Assembly (NCBI RefSeq): GCF_036321535.1
Contig: NC_087436.1
Span: forward strand, 52,082,001 to 52,146,000
Reading direction: 5' to 3'
Length of the DNA stretch: 64,000 nucleotides
Origin: Camelus dromedarius
Lineage: Eukaryota
Numbering within the stretch: position 1 is the first letter of the stretch; the number at the start of each line of letters is the position of its first letter. A model generated the notes under the pieces. It worked only from the letters and a program-made list of their open reading frames with translations, made no database searches and had not been told where the DNA came from. The translations under genes were made by a program, and so were the position numbers. Below are positions 50,701 through 64,000 of this stretch, in pieces.

Positions 50701-51909
50701 GAATAAAAAAGGCTCCCTGCTCCTGAGGCAGCTGGCAGCCACGTCTGAGTGAGGGCTTAAGCTCCGGTGAAGTTCTGGCAGGAAGAGTTGGAGCCCTTCC
50801 AGACTTGATCCCAGGTGGGCAAAATGAAATTAGTTGGAGAGCCCTTGAGCAAAAAAAACACAGCGAGTCCTAGAGAAAGATCGGCCTGACAGCATCCAGG
50901 CAGCGCCAGGATAGTCCAGGGCTGAGTACCCATTTGCCAGCTCCCAGGAAGCAGAGGAGGAGCTGGGCATTTGGACCAAGTCCTCCTTAACTGGGCTGAG
51001 AGTCCACGACGCACTGTGGAGGCAGGTGGAGGCTTTCTTCGGTCCCTTGGCAGAGGGATTGCAGGTTGCCCGCCTCTGCTTGGCTGAAGCCGGTGAGGGA
51101 GAGAAACCGTTTGCATCTCTCCTCTGCTTAGCTGCCCCTTTTGAGGCTACTCCAGTAATTGCATGTGAGCTCCAATAAGCTGACAAATTGCTGCTGAGCA
51201 TTTAGGATATGAAGACAAATAAAACAGAATCTGTCTCTGAAGGCATTCGCTATTACTGGAGAGCAGATGTATAAACATAAATTACACTACAGCGTGACAA
51301 GTGATGTATTAGATTCATATGTTGCAGGAATGTGGTAGATGCAGCAGTTTTGTACACCACAGGGTGAAGTAGGTTTGAAGGGAAGGGTTCACAAGTGATC
51401 ATTTGGCAAAGACTTGGCAGAAGAGAGGGCCTTTGCAGAAGGGAAAAACAAACTCAGGGAAAGTATATGCAAAGGCATAAAAGCATAAAAAAAGCATTTT
51501 AATAATGCCTGCTGGCAATATCCATGGTTAAAGCATCTGAAATCTGCAAGATTTCTTTCTGGGTCTAAAATGTATTTTAATATAGCAAGAAACAAAAATG
51601 AGAGAATCAACAGAACGAGTCTGATAGCTATTTGCTCTAATGCAAAGCCAGCTTTTCTATCATTTCTGACATCTGACATTCTGATCATGTCTGACCTTCC
51701 TACTTTCTTTAACTATGTTCACGCTTGTTCTACTTCCTATTCCTGTCCTTATTTTGGTGAAACTCTAACCCCTCGCCTGTCTGTGAATCCCCAGAAGTCA
51801 TTGCCTTTAAGATCCAACACAAGTCACAACTGATAAATGAAACAGCTTCTTCTAGAATCTGAGGGTGCTAACTCACCGTCCTTCCCTCCACACCGTGGTG
51901 GTGGGAGAG

Positions 51910-52115
51910 GTTCGGAATTGCTAACTGTCTACTGCTGTGGGGCAGGCACTGGGCTAGGACATGTACATAAATTGCTACCTCATTTCATTTTTATCTCATA
52001 TCTATGAAATAAATAATATTGTCTGCATTTTTACAAATGGGGTAATTGAGGCTCAAAGAGGATAAGCAATTTTCCAAAGTTTACACAAGAAAGTAGGATG
52101 AGACCCCAGATCTAA
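51910..52115 (-). mobile_element. MIR SINE relic
   Basis: 'caggcactgggctagg...cattttacaaatggggtaattgaggctcaaagagg'. Confidence 0.7.
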
Positions 52116-54362
52116 GGATCCCCACTATTCCGTGGAAATTTCCACCTCCCTTTCTACCCACAGAAGACGCATCTCTAGTGATTAGGAATAATCATTCTCC
52201 AATAGAAAAAAACAAGATTTTCAGAGACTAAAATAACTTCTTGCCCAAACACAGCAATAAATGAATATCACACAGCCAAACGCATCAGGGACCTTCAGCA
52301 ATCCTTGAAGCAAGTGTTGTTTCAGGACATGTTCAGGATATAGGATTAAACAAAACCATTCCAGGGTCACCCATGCAGATGGATCGTGCCTGACAAGGGT
52401 GCCCATGGCGGGCTGAGGCCTGGGCTGATCAGACTGGAGGAAGAAAGATTCTTTTCTTCTTCTGAGATGGGCTCAGAAACTTCACCTTATTAATGAAAAA
52501 AGAAAAAAAAAAAAAGATCTACATGATATATATTTTTCAAAAAGATTTCCTCAGACTCACATGCTTTCTTAGCATGAAGAAAATATGTTAAAATTATGTT
52601 TTCATAAGACTAACATAAGTTCTTCCAAAGGAAAAAATAAATAAAAAAGAGCAGCCAAGCCATTTGCCCAAAGGAAAAAAGTGAGGAACCTAGACAATTT
52701 CTGTCTTCAGTGGTACAACAAGGCAATAAAATGTCTTTTTAAAGAAGCATTGTGAGGGCTTAAGAAACCTAAGCAAACTGCTTGAAGAGATTGGAAAGGG
52801 ACATTTATTGAGTGCCACCCCTACCCTGTCACCCCTGGGCTGGGCATCTTATAGCTGCATATATACCAAGCAAATGTGCTGTTTTTTGAAGACCAACCAG
52901 TGTCTCTGAAATTAAGGGTTTTTTGTTGACACACTGACACTCACCTTCTCCCAAAGTAGAACACACACTCTGAAGACACACATTGGTCAACCAGTGATCT
53001 AGGTACCATGTGGACTTATTTCCATGTAGACACTCTGGGCCGCCATCTCCAGTTTGTAAGTTACGTGACTGTGTATTAGTTAGACGATTTATTTGTTGGG
53101 ACAACCTGGGAACACTAGGAAGTGAAGGCTTCCTGGGTGTCTCCTCTTTCTCTTTCCCTGGCCAATTGCTGGAATATTCTAGAACACACATACGTGCAGA
53201 CACACACCCACACACAAATGTGTGCACATGCACAAAGGCTATTTTTTATTTCACATCCAAAGAATTTTGCCAAAGAATTGAATCCTTTTTATAATCAATA
53301 TCTCTACAATGGTATGCCATCTTAATGGTGTTTTTTTTCCTGTTGATCAGGGAATTCTTACAAAATCTGTAGTAGAAAAACTATTTTCATCTTCTCTTTT
53401 ATAATAAATTATTTGAGTCACATATACTGTTATTTCTGCAAGGACCTATTTTTATAATTGCTGAATTGTTTTGTATAGTGTATGTAGTTTAGGTTCTAGT
53501 GAATATCTGAAGTTTGTTTATATTTAATTGGTTTGCTGTCCCTTGATTTGAACTATGTAAATTTTACTCATTTTTATGGCATGCATTTTTCTCATTAAAA
53601 ATTCTTGGAGCAGAGAGAAAGTGATTGCAAAGGGTTTTCAAGTTTAGCTTGTAATTTGAATTTCATTTTTAATGAACTTTCCATCTTTGGTTTTGAGACT
53701 TTCTTTACAGACTTCATTATCTTGATTGTGCATTTGATATTTTTATTAAATCACAATAAAGAAAAAGTCTTCAGATAAAGTTCTGCTGGTCATATTTAAA
53801 ATACACATTTAAAACTCTTGTGCATGCCATAATTCTGTTTAGATTTTGAATGATGTAATCAGTTGATGGACCCATAAGTAAGCTGACAACTTGGTTTCCC
53901 AGAGCATCTATTCTCTCCCACTCCATAACTCAGTCTTCTCTGTCAAGCTTTCAAGCAGGCACCCAAATGCAAATAGCACTCTATTTCAGGAAATTGGGGT
54001 TTATATTTTAAATTCCGTTCTCATGCTATGTATAAGGCTCCTTTTCGCTTTGTGTTTATGTGTAGACTTGATAAACTGATTTTCTCTCTGAGCAGATACT
54101 TTTCTTTATATATAAAGGCTTGCATTCTTTTCCCAATTCACACACCTCCAGCCCTTTCTGATTATGTAAAAAGTACAGCTGTAGGTGCTTTTTCTGCCAT
54201 GGGGGAAAAACCTGTCTGTAGAACCAAGAGGCTCGTTTCATGAATGACGTATGTTTTATTATACTTGACCAATCACATGGGTCTGGATGTTACAGATAAA
54301 TGTACTGCTCTTCATGATTTCATAACAGATGCTTCTGTCTTTTTCTTTTTTCTCTCTGGCAG

Positions 54363-54440
54363 TTACCCGGCTGTATGTGAATTCTTACAGCACAATAACT
54401 TGTTATCCATACTCCGAGCCCATGAAGCCCAAGATGCAGG
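54363..54440 (+). CDS. PPP3CA: Calcineurin A alpha, exon 7
   Basis: Long pyrimidine tract then ggcag|, and |gtgagc donor; 78 nt. Encodes (S)[25 protein letters not shown](G), with the RAHE motif. Visible in the 54244..54444 ORF translation. Confidence 0.98.
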
Positions 54441-56833
54441 GTGAGCAGTTCTGTGGGTTTGTGGAGACATGCACGGGCCTTTGTCACAACTCCCTCATGC
54501 GCTCCACTGTGGAGGTTCGCTTTTCCCAGGCACTATCCCTGAAGGAGTTAGATCTAAAAGTTGCCTTCTGGTGACACAGATATGGCATGGTCCTGGGGAA
54601 TGAGTGGCTACAGATGTGTCATAAAGTCCCCTTCAGAGTTCCTCCATTTTTAGCTTCAGCAGGTAGGATTTTCACCTGGCTGTCTTAAGCACTGTGAGGC
54701 CACCTCTTTTCATTTCTTTCAATTCCTGCTCTTACCACTGTCCCATAAGTGAGTAAATCACAGCCACTTTCAGTCTTGGTTGGCAATGTGAATGAGAATT
54801 ACACAAAAAAACATAAATATTTCACAGATACTGCATGTTGTACTCTTGTTTAAAGAGTATCGTTCCTGATCCCTGTGAAGTTTTAAAGGACAAAAGCAGA
54901 CATTGAAATGATGAGGGAAAAAAGCCCATATTCCAAATAACAAATGCATGACATGATTTTGTAATATCTGGTAAATTTTAAAAACATAGACCGATTTTAA
55001 GGATTTTGAAACCTAGAAAATATCAGATATGCACCTTGATGGTGCATTAAGTCTGTATTAAGGATATAGGCATGGGGAGAAATAGGCATAATTAATTTTA
55101 GAATTTGAAGTCCGATACCCTTCCCAGGAGGCTCACTGAAAGGCGTTATTTTGCGTTCAAACGTTTAAACTCATTCCTTCATATTCTAAATATTCTGAAA
55201 AGGAGGAACATTTCTTTTTATAACTTGTGTACTGAAATTGGGAATTTAGACGCCTGCATTGCAAAGTAAGCCCATGCCTGTGATGACTCTGAATCGAGGC
55301 AGATCCTAAGTTTTTTTCACAATTAGCTTTTTCAAGCAGTCAGTCAGCAAGTCTGGACTGATTCAGTATGGTGTGCTCAGTGCTCTTGTAGCTGATGTTT
55401 GAAGTAACCGATTGAAATTCCCAGCCAATCAGGTCCTCAAATAATTTTTTTTTTTTCACTTTTCAGGGCAGTGGTGTCACCATTGTTTTTTGGCTGACTG
55501 TCCTAACTGAATATGTTAAGCAGATTTATTTTAATCCCACTAGAGACCTGAAATCATCTGCTTAGTTGAAAATGATTCAGTGCATCAATTAAAATCAACA
55601 AATATATTTGTTTAAAATGAGCAGTTGATTGATTCATTGGGGAAAATTGAGATTATGTTATCCAGATTCTTTGTTTCTATTTGTTGTCAAGTAGGCATTG
55701 TTGACCGCAGTTTTACAAAGTCAAGATACTAAGATTAAGAGTGTTGTTACTACCTTTCACGTTCTGATTTTTTTCCCCCAGCGAAGTTCACTTCCATAAG
55801 CAGAATAAATGCTTCTGGGACATTTCAAAAGACTTTTAAGGGGATGGTTTTTCTTCTGGAAAAGTAGTATCAAAATATTTGTAAAATGATGAAATTTAAG
55901 GTGGCTATTTCTCTCTCTAAAGATACTATTTGAGGCACATTTAGAATCCAGCTAAATTAGGTTTGTTGATCTGCCAGAAATAAGTAACACAGAAGAACTA
56001 AGGAATGATGAAATTTTGGCACGTTAGGAATTCTTCTAAACTGATATTCCTGAAGGCTCTCATATAGAATTCATGAGCTACCTTTTCGCCTTGATGGAAA
56101 AGAACAGAATCTCTTGTATTTTTTTGATTATTTGAGGACTAGAGTCCTACATTTGTTTCAGTGGAAGAAAAGTCACTGGGTTGTTGGTTTATTTCCAGAG
56201 ATCTTTCAGAGGTTTCACTACTGATTGATTAAATGTTACCCTGCTGGGACAATAATCTTTGACCTACAGACACCAGAAGAGATTGGTAATAAATAAAATT
56301 CTAAAATAGAAACAATTTCAGTTCGTAAAACCCATAGATTTATCCAGACATCCTTTGAAAAGCAAATCACTTAGTCCAGGCAAAATAGGTTTATAGAACC
56401 ATAATAGAATATTGTAGATAAATAGGATAATCAGCCTGGTTATGAGTGGTAACTCATATTGCTCTGTTTATGTAGTCTTTTTATGGTAGAAATATTGACA
56501 AACTTCTGAAAAACATGTTAGGTACAGAATCTGGGTGCAAAAAGTAGCTTTTGTCCTCTCTATTGGGCACTTCAAATGAATTATGATTTTTCACTGAACT
56601 CCTTGGGTCTGCTAAACTTAGAAAAGACCCATTTGGAAATTGTACATATGACTGTATGTTTTCATTGTCACCCTGAAATGAACTCATGTCTGTGTATAGC
56701 AGACTTTAAAGAGAAAAATTTATTTAATGTTATATAATTGAATTCTCTTTGAATGACCAAACTTAATTTTAATTTTCTATTTCTAAATCTATAATTTGAT
56801 ACCATCATTTTTCCATACTTAGCCTTGTTTTGA

Positions 56834-57010
<177 letters not shown>

Positions 57011-57124
57011 TGAAATAATTCTTAAGTTCTGTTTTGGTTTGATTTGAATTAAACGTTTTTAATCATTCTTTTTCTTCCTACTTTTTCATTTATTGTTTGA
57101 TGCAAATGTTGTGATCATCTTCAG

Positions 57125-57225
57125 AACTGCAGATTCAGTTGGTCAGAGGTGGGACCCAGGCGCTGTTATTTTTTAACTGTTCCCCAGGAGATTCTAATGT
57201 ATAGCAGAGTTGACAGTCACTGCTC
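57125..57225. mobile_element. MER5A-like hAT relic (partial)
   Basis: 'gattcagttggtcagaggtgggacccagg...ccccaggagattctaatgtatagc...cactgctct'. Confidence 0.65.
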
Positions 57226-57369
57226 TGATGGATACAGGCTTTAAAAGAAAAAATAATTGAAAATAATCCAAAATCATGCTTCTTAAGCAGGATAGGGATT
57301 TAAATAAGAACAGTGTGACTGTGCATGTGAAGGATCAAGGAAAACAAGCTATAGCTTGAAATTCAAATT

Positions 57370-57600
57370 CAAATTTCATTTATTCTGCACCTACCATGGG
57401 TCAGACCCTGTGCTAGGCAAGTACATATTTATTTTTTTTTAATTCAATTAAACTGTAAAGTAATAATCATTTGCCCCCCACAACCCACTATTAATATACA
57501 GAGTGAGTCTCTAGGGTAGTTGCCTTGCCCTCAGTCTCTCAGTTAGATGGGGATGAACTGGGATCAAACCCACATCACCTGGTGCAGCATCCTGTACTTC
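57370..57600 (-). mobile_element. MIR SINE relic
   Basis: 'catttattctgcacctaccatgggtcagaccctgtgctagg...ctgggatcaaaccca'. Confidence 0.55.
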
Positions 57601-58809
57601 GTCTGAAAGAGACCAGGAAACAAGACGGCATTATTCACTGACTATAGGGAAGAGAGGAGGAGCAGGGGATACATTGTTTTCTTCCATAAAGGGCATCTCT
57701 GTATTGGGAAATGTGAGGTGTTACAGCGGTAGCAGAATGAGTGATAAAATGTGAAAAAGTCATTCACCCTAGTTGGCATTGGTCTGGATAGTGTAGTACG
57801 CAGCATATCTGAGTGTGACTTTGTGAGATTAGGAGAAATGAAACAGAAAGAGAGACACCAATCAGATAATATATATGTGAGGTCAAATATAGCCCAGGAG
57901 AAGCAGGAAAAGGCAGCCTCAGTTCTGAACCAGTCTGAAAACTCCTCGGGTTAGGAGCTATTTCCCTGCCTAAGCGAGTTGTGATAGCTGGCTTCCTATC
58001 ATGGGCTGGTGTCCCGGCTGCCTTCCCAAGCCCCTGTTGGGTGTCCTCAGTCCTTAAGACTAGATCATTACCTTCAGTTCCCTCATGTACTCCACTGTCC
58101 CCGTGAGAAGTGGGCCTCCCCTTGCCTGTGCCCTGATTTCCTGCTTCGCTCATCTCACCTCCTCCTGCTCCAGGCTGGACCCTGACCCCTGTACCTTCTG
58201 GATCTGTCAGGGAGCCCTCTCCAAAGGACAGACCACGTGGCATCACCGTGCTGCTTCACTTCCCCATCTCTGCCTCTCCCCAGACACAGCTGCGCTGTCC
58301 TACAGAGTCCAGCCCCCGCCCCCTTAGCCCAGAGAGGGACCCCTGCTGGCTGGAGTTGCTGCAGCCAAACCATGTGCTCCGTTGCCATTGGTGTGCCCTC
58401 CTCTGTGGCCGTGGGGCACGGTTATCAGTAGGCACAGTGCAGTGTCTGCCCCATCCGCAGAGGGCAGGGCTTGAGGGGTAGTTGTCTCCCCTTTCTTGCC
58501 GCCTAGTTCCTAAAAGAGAGGTGCTGTCCCTGGTTCTCTGGCAAGAAGCATGCAAAATCAAATAAAACATGTTCCCACCATACCAAGTGCTTATAAGCTA
58601 GTTGACAAAAGTTAGACATCTGGATGATTTAATGAAAATACAAGACACAGTGTCACTAAGTAAAACTAAGGGTCAAACACCACGTACACTGGACAAGGGC
58701 TGATTTTCTAGAATGGTCAGAGAAGGCCTTGTTTAAGATAAAAATATGATCTGGACATTGAAGAATGGTTCATATTTGATTAGAAAGAGGGAAAAATAAA
58801 GTCATGGCC

Positions 58810-58985
58810 AGTGTTTTTGAAACTTTTTTATTTTTAAGCAGCAAACACTTTTTCCCCCAAACAAAATCTCAGTCTTGGTGCCTTTTGTATAAAATCAATA
58901 AGAGCTAATTTCCTTCGCTGGGAGAGGCTTCTCCATCTTGTACCAAAAAGTCCCCCGTGGTACCTGCAGGGAATGCACAAACTCA
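58810..58985. mobile_element. hAT/Charlie-type MITE relic
   Basis: 'cagtgtttttgaaactttttt...aagcagcaaacac...aaacaaaatctc'. Confidence 0.45.
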
Positions 58986-61204
58986 GTAGGTTACCTTGCA
59001 TGTCCCACCGTCATCCAGTTATTTACCAAAAGTATATAAAACATGGACACTGATGTTTTTATTGTTTTATGGTATTAAACTTTTTCTTCTGTTATACCTG
59101 GTAAAGGGAGTGCCCAAAAGAGTTATTTTCTTGAAGGAGACTGATTACTAAGTAGCATGTACTACACTTACAAGTTTTTTAACAATTAAAAAAACAATGG
59201 TCAAAACAGAAAAAAAAAAAAAAAAAGGGAGAGAATTGCGATTTCACTCCATAGAAACAGACCTGGACATTTTCCATCCACCCGTCGTAGGCTGGGTGAT
59301 GCAATTTTGCTTGAGACCAGTAGCTATTTCTCACATAAGATGCTTCTTTGTCTGTAGTTCTGATTTAACAAGGTATGAACTTAAAAAAAAAAAACAATAG
59401 ACATCAGTGCCTTGCTGTCTTCACTCTTGCCTTTAGGGGAGATCACAGTCTCTCAGGGAGGGGATAGAAGCATTTCAATTTGAGAACCATTTCATGAAAG
59501 AAAAAAAGTCTCCCAAGAGAAAAAGATAAACTGATAGGAAGAAGAAAGATATAGTCTTCAGTTTGAGCGTGATTTCAAAAGACTTTTGTACAAAATCTCT
59601 GAAGCACTTTAAAGCTATGATGCTAACATCGTAGCGTGTGGGAGTGGGAGTTAGCTATTCACTGCTGAAGCGAGGATTACTGTATTTGAATAAAATAAAT
59701 GTTAATGAGAATTTTAAAAGGCAGTGCAATGAAACTAGATTGCAGGCACCTTCAAAACACAATCAGTGGAAAGAAACAGCCGTGAAGAGTCTCTGAGTTA
59801 ACCATTTGATTCTTTGAAACAGATAACCATAAAGTCCTCTGGAATTATAACCTAGTAGAGTATGATTTGATTTTTAAAGCTCCTGTGAATTAAGGCAACA
59901 GTGATAGCTCCCTAGCAAAATGAATGAATGAGAAAAAATAGGTTTATTCTGCCATCTTAAAACTTAGAATAGTTGTGTGATCAACTTCGTGTTTACACAT
60001 CCAGTAGTTCTGATTAGTAGTTCATACTTGCCTGCAATTCAAAGCAGCTTTCAGGACACTCTGAGGACCGTGAGTGTCCCTTCTCCAACATCAATCCCTG
60101 ACCCACTTTAATTCGTTCAGTTCTAATCCTTTCCGGGCTGACTGAACAACCCGCTCATCTTCTTGCTTCAGTTTCCTCACTCTGACAACTCCTGCTTCCT
60201 CTCGCAAAATGCCAGGGCGAAAGGTGGAGCTCCGAATCACAGCTCACCTAAATGTGTTGATGGATGGTGACAGCTCTGTAAAATGAGAAAAAGGATTTTT
60301 GTTTGTGAATCGTGGATGGGATTGCTTTGAAACAAAATGTTGTGCAATATTAACGTATTATCGTCATTGACTATTTTATGTTGCCCTAATTATGCCACGT
60401 GTCAGTCTGGGGCTTCCCAGAAGCTGACAGGAGAATACTCCTCTTCAGCTTCTTAGTTACAATTTTACTTTATGGATCAACAATCTGCATTTGTGACCTG
60501 TCTCTCTGGGTGAACCCTTTACTTCAGGCAAATTTATCTATTTCTTGCTCTGAACCACTTTGGGCTTTCCTTTTCTCCACTTCTTTGCCCGCCCACTTTG
60601 CATCTGTATCTATAATACTTATCTCAGTCTTCTCTGCTCGTTGAAATGGACTAGACCCCCCTCCAGTCTGTCCATTGGCAGTCCTTACCTGCAGTACCAA
60701 TCAAGTGCCCTTATACTTAGTATTTACTTTTTTTTCTAGTTAGCTTTTCCAGGCATTCCTATAACTTCCCAATCAGATTCTAATTAGTTTGAATCAAGGG
60801 GCTTTTTGATACACATTGTAAAGCCAAGTAGCATGCCTTGTACAGGGTTGGCAGTCAATACGTGCATTAATTGAAGCATTTTCTTTATGGGAATTAATGG
60901 CAAGACAGTGCCCAAAAGTACCCTATCATTATTGACCTTCAGAGCTTTATCTCCCTTTAAATTACTGTTGTCCCAGTGCTGATACCCTTTCCCAGTTGGA
61001 GTTAAACATTTGCAGAGCACTTAGCACCTCTGAATTGTTTTTCTCCTGTGAATCTGCAGCCCTGAGGGAAAAGCTGTTTCACAATTATTCAGACACACTA
61101 CACAGAAGAAAAATGCAGTGATGGCACGTAGCTGCTGCCACTTCTTTTTTTTTAAATAATTCTCCACCTGCGAAAGTGACTTCAGCCTCATCCACTTCTC
61201 AAAA

Positions 61205-61470
61205 TGCAACAAACTTTTATTGAGAACTTACTATATACCAAGCACCATCCAAGGTGCTGGGGATATAAAATAAACAAGACAGATATGATCTTTTCTCTAG
61301 TGGAGTTTATAATCTGGTAGTGTGATAAATGGTTAATAAAGAATTCCCCCCTGATAATTATTTAAATATATTTGCAAAATCACATACCACAAAGAAAAGA
61401 GTGGTATGAGGTAAGAGTGGAAATTAGTTTGTGGGAACAAAAAGCATTTCACTGAGGTAGTGACATGTAA
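61205..61470 (-). mobile_element. L2 LINE 3' fragment
   Basis: 'caacaaacttttattgagaacttactatataccaagcacc...taaacaagacagat...ggagtttataatctggt'. Confidence 0.7.
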
Positions 61471-63714
61471 GTAATTTTAGAGTAAAATATCTGAGTGTTA
61501 AAAAATGCAGTGTTTATACAATTCAGTTTGGCCAAAACCTACTAAACCTCTAAAAAAAAAAGTGTTTCAAGCCTTGATGTAAACATTTAAGTCTTTTGTC
61601 TCTCTGGTATTTTTCATGTGCTTCAAAAAAATATAAAGTAAATTACAGTAGATCTTCATGTGGGGGCTGTTCTTTGTAGTTCAGATGAGTCGTGAGTTTT
61701 CTTATGGATGGGTGGGTGGCTAGATGGATAGGTTAAAGATACAGATAGAGAGATAAATAAATATATATACCAGGGGTATACCACTCAGTTCTAAGAAAAG
61801 TTACTGACAGTAAAATTAATTAAGTAAAATTTATTAAATGAAATATATTTTGGATTTGAGAGGAGAATCTAAATGGTAGCCAAACTGCTGTAACAATCAA
61901 CACCAGAGATTAAAAATGACAATCAGGAAAAAAAAGTCAATTCAGTGTTAAAGCAGGTTAAGGAAAAGAGAGATTGTAGATGAGATTTCAGGGATAGACA
62001 AGAAAAGCATTCTTTACTGGAATTTTGTTTTGTTTTTTTTTTGCAAAAGTCTATCTACCCTTTTTGGTAGAAAAAGCCATATCATGATGTTTTGGACTTT
62101 AAACTAGGCAACTTGATAGAATTACTTATAAAAAGCATTTTAGTCTTACCAAAATTTGACATTTTCAACATCCTTAAATATTTCCCAATCAAGAAGTAGT
62201 CAGGGGCTTCAGGAAGACACCGTTTATAAATTAAAAGATAACGTATGACTTGGCAGGAAGATACCATTGTAAGGGAGGATTGAATTGTTAATGTAACGAA
62301 CCCAGGTAGGAATCTGTTGGCAGTCATTATGTGAATTATAGGAGCAAATACAGCATGTCTGAAGCCAGCTTGCCTTGGAGCCCCGACTTCCAGCAAGAGC
62401 TCTCAGCCCTCAGTGACACCACCATCAACGCAGCGCGGTGTTGCCAGGCCTGAGCATCTCATTCCCTGCTGCATCATAGTTCTTGCACACTGGAAGCTTG
62501 TTTCACTGTGCTGGAGTAACTTCCACAAACTTAGAGATAGCTGATCCCTGCCTAGTTCAGGAGCCAAATAAGAACCAGCTAGATGGGACACGTAACCTGG
62601 ATGGAAGGGGTCGGGGAGGGAAGGGAGTTGGTCTTCTGAAGGGAGGAAAATCGGTGCCCAGGCAACCCTGAGTACCTCTCCTGCGTGTTACTTCCCTGCA
62701 AAGGCACCCACATGTAATGGCCACTTCTATGGAGTCTGAGCCTTGTCTTAGGCATGGGCATGCCCTTTAGCATTGACATAAACATTTTTAAAGCATTTTG
62801 GGGATGTTCGCAACCACCACCATAAATATGATTGCTTGTTGCCTTACAAATTGGATAAAATTAATCCAGAGACTTTATCCAATGGCAAGAGTTCCCCCAA
62901 CCCTTACTTTTTTTTCCTGTCATTATCTCAAATCTAAAGATCCTCTTGATTGGTCTTGAGCAACTGTTTGCCCAGATCACTTATTTCACTATAGGAAATG
63001 TAAATACATATGCATGGTAACATTCTGTTATTTAATATTTGCTAACAAATTGGAGGTCAGGTACTTTTTTCTTCCTTCCCAACTTCTAAAACAAAACAGT
63101 AAGTAAGATACACCCCACCAAAATTTTTTCACTTCTTGATTTATTTAATAAACATTTTTTGTTCTTTAGCCTGAGGAGTATTGGTAGAATTGCACACCCT
63201 GGGAAGATAATTTCTTTCTAATGATTATTAAACGTAGGACAATTTACCAGGAAATGGTATGGAATATAAGAATCTGTGAAGGAGCAAAGCAAACTATGAA
63301 CAAAACTCTTAGTATTAACTCTTTTTATTATTAATGTGAGATGGTAGAAAAGAAACTTATGTAGACAATTTAGGTAGACACTTAAGGTTAAAGAGAACTT
63401 GAAGTTAGGAGGTTTTTATTGGTTTTTATTTACCTCTCTGAGATAAATAGCTAAAATTATCTACAGGGAGATTTCAGCAGAACATCCCCTTTCTCTGCCT
63501 TTTCTAACCAGGACTCTTCAATATGTGGAATTAATCTGTGGCTGTGATTTCCTATATCATTATCATTATCATGGTCACCTTGAGTAATACTGGTATATTT
63601 TCTTAAAGTCTTAGGTTGGTAATGATATATTCAGTAAATGCAAATATTTCCCTTCAGTTGGGATAGCATGCTATACAGATGCTTTTGCTTTATTCCTGTA
63701 AGTAGCATATAATA

Positions 63715-63975
63715 AGAAGAATAAGAATAATAACTAACATTTATTGGGGATTTACCAGAAACTGCTCTACATTTCCACGTGTAAATGCATTTAATCCTTC
63801 AACAACTCTATGAATTACATTATAACCTTGACTTTATTGATGAAGAACCAGAGCACAGAGGAGTTGCATACTTCCCCAAGGATCATACAAGCTGGTCAGG
63901 GAATAGCACTGAGATTGAAAAGCAACTGTCTGACTCCAGAGCCCACAGGTTAAGCTCCTAACTGCTCTTCTGTGC
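63715..63975 (-). mobile_element. MIR SINE relic
   Basis: 'ctaacatttattgg...atttaatccttcaacaactctatg...ctgtctgactccagagccc'. Confidence 0.8.
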
Positions 63976-64000
63976 CTGCTTTGTTATGGGAAAGCTTTCA

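Noticed and set aside
54244..54444. 66-aa ORF starting at an ATG and ending in calcineurin sequence
   Set aside because: Only 54363-54440 is exon; the upstream part is intron and polypyrimidine tract (FFFFL) that happens to be open.
55029..55047. Hairpin ATGCACC-ttgat-GGTGCAT
   Set aside because: A 7-bp stem is expected by chance many times in 64 kb.
57764..58246. Longest ORF (160 aa, minus strand) as a nested gene
   Set aside because: No recognisable domain; stop-poor frames are expected in GC-rich sequence, and several frames are open at once.

Overview
Mammalian genomic DNA, AT-rich and mostly intronic, most likely from a camelid (inferred from the tRNA-derived SINE type and the L1 3' ends). 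The window lies inside the calcineurin A catalytic subunit gene PPP3CA on the + strand. Six internal coding exons (33837-33961, 41970-42081, 43125-43270, 46093-46232, 54363-54440, 56854-56948; equivalent to human exons 3-8, about aa 87-319) splice with GT-AG boundaries into one 696-nt open frame carrying all the PPP metallophosphatase motifs. The start and stop codons lie outside the window. The rest is intron filled with interspersed repeats (SINE, L1, L2, MIR, MaLR LTR, DNA transposon relics) and microsatellites; repeat family names are from recalled consensus sequences and boundaries are approximate. None of the supplied ORFs is an independent gene. I found no convincing novel biological system. 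The best leads are modest: an L1 insertion with an apparent 3' transduction, an isolated internal L1 ORF2 fragment, candidate cryptic microexon or recursive splice sites, and a CpG-retaining non-repeat intronic element.
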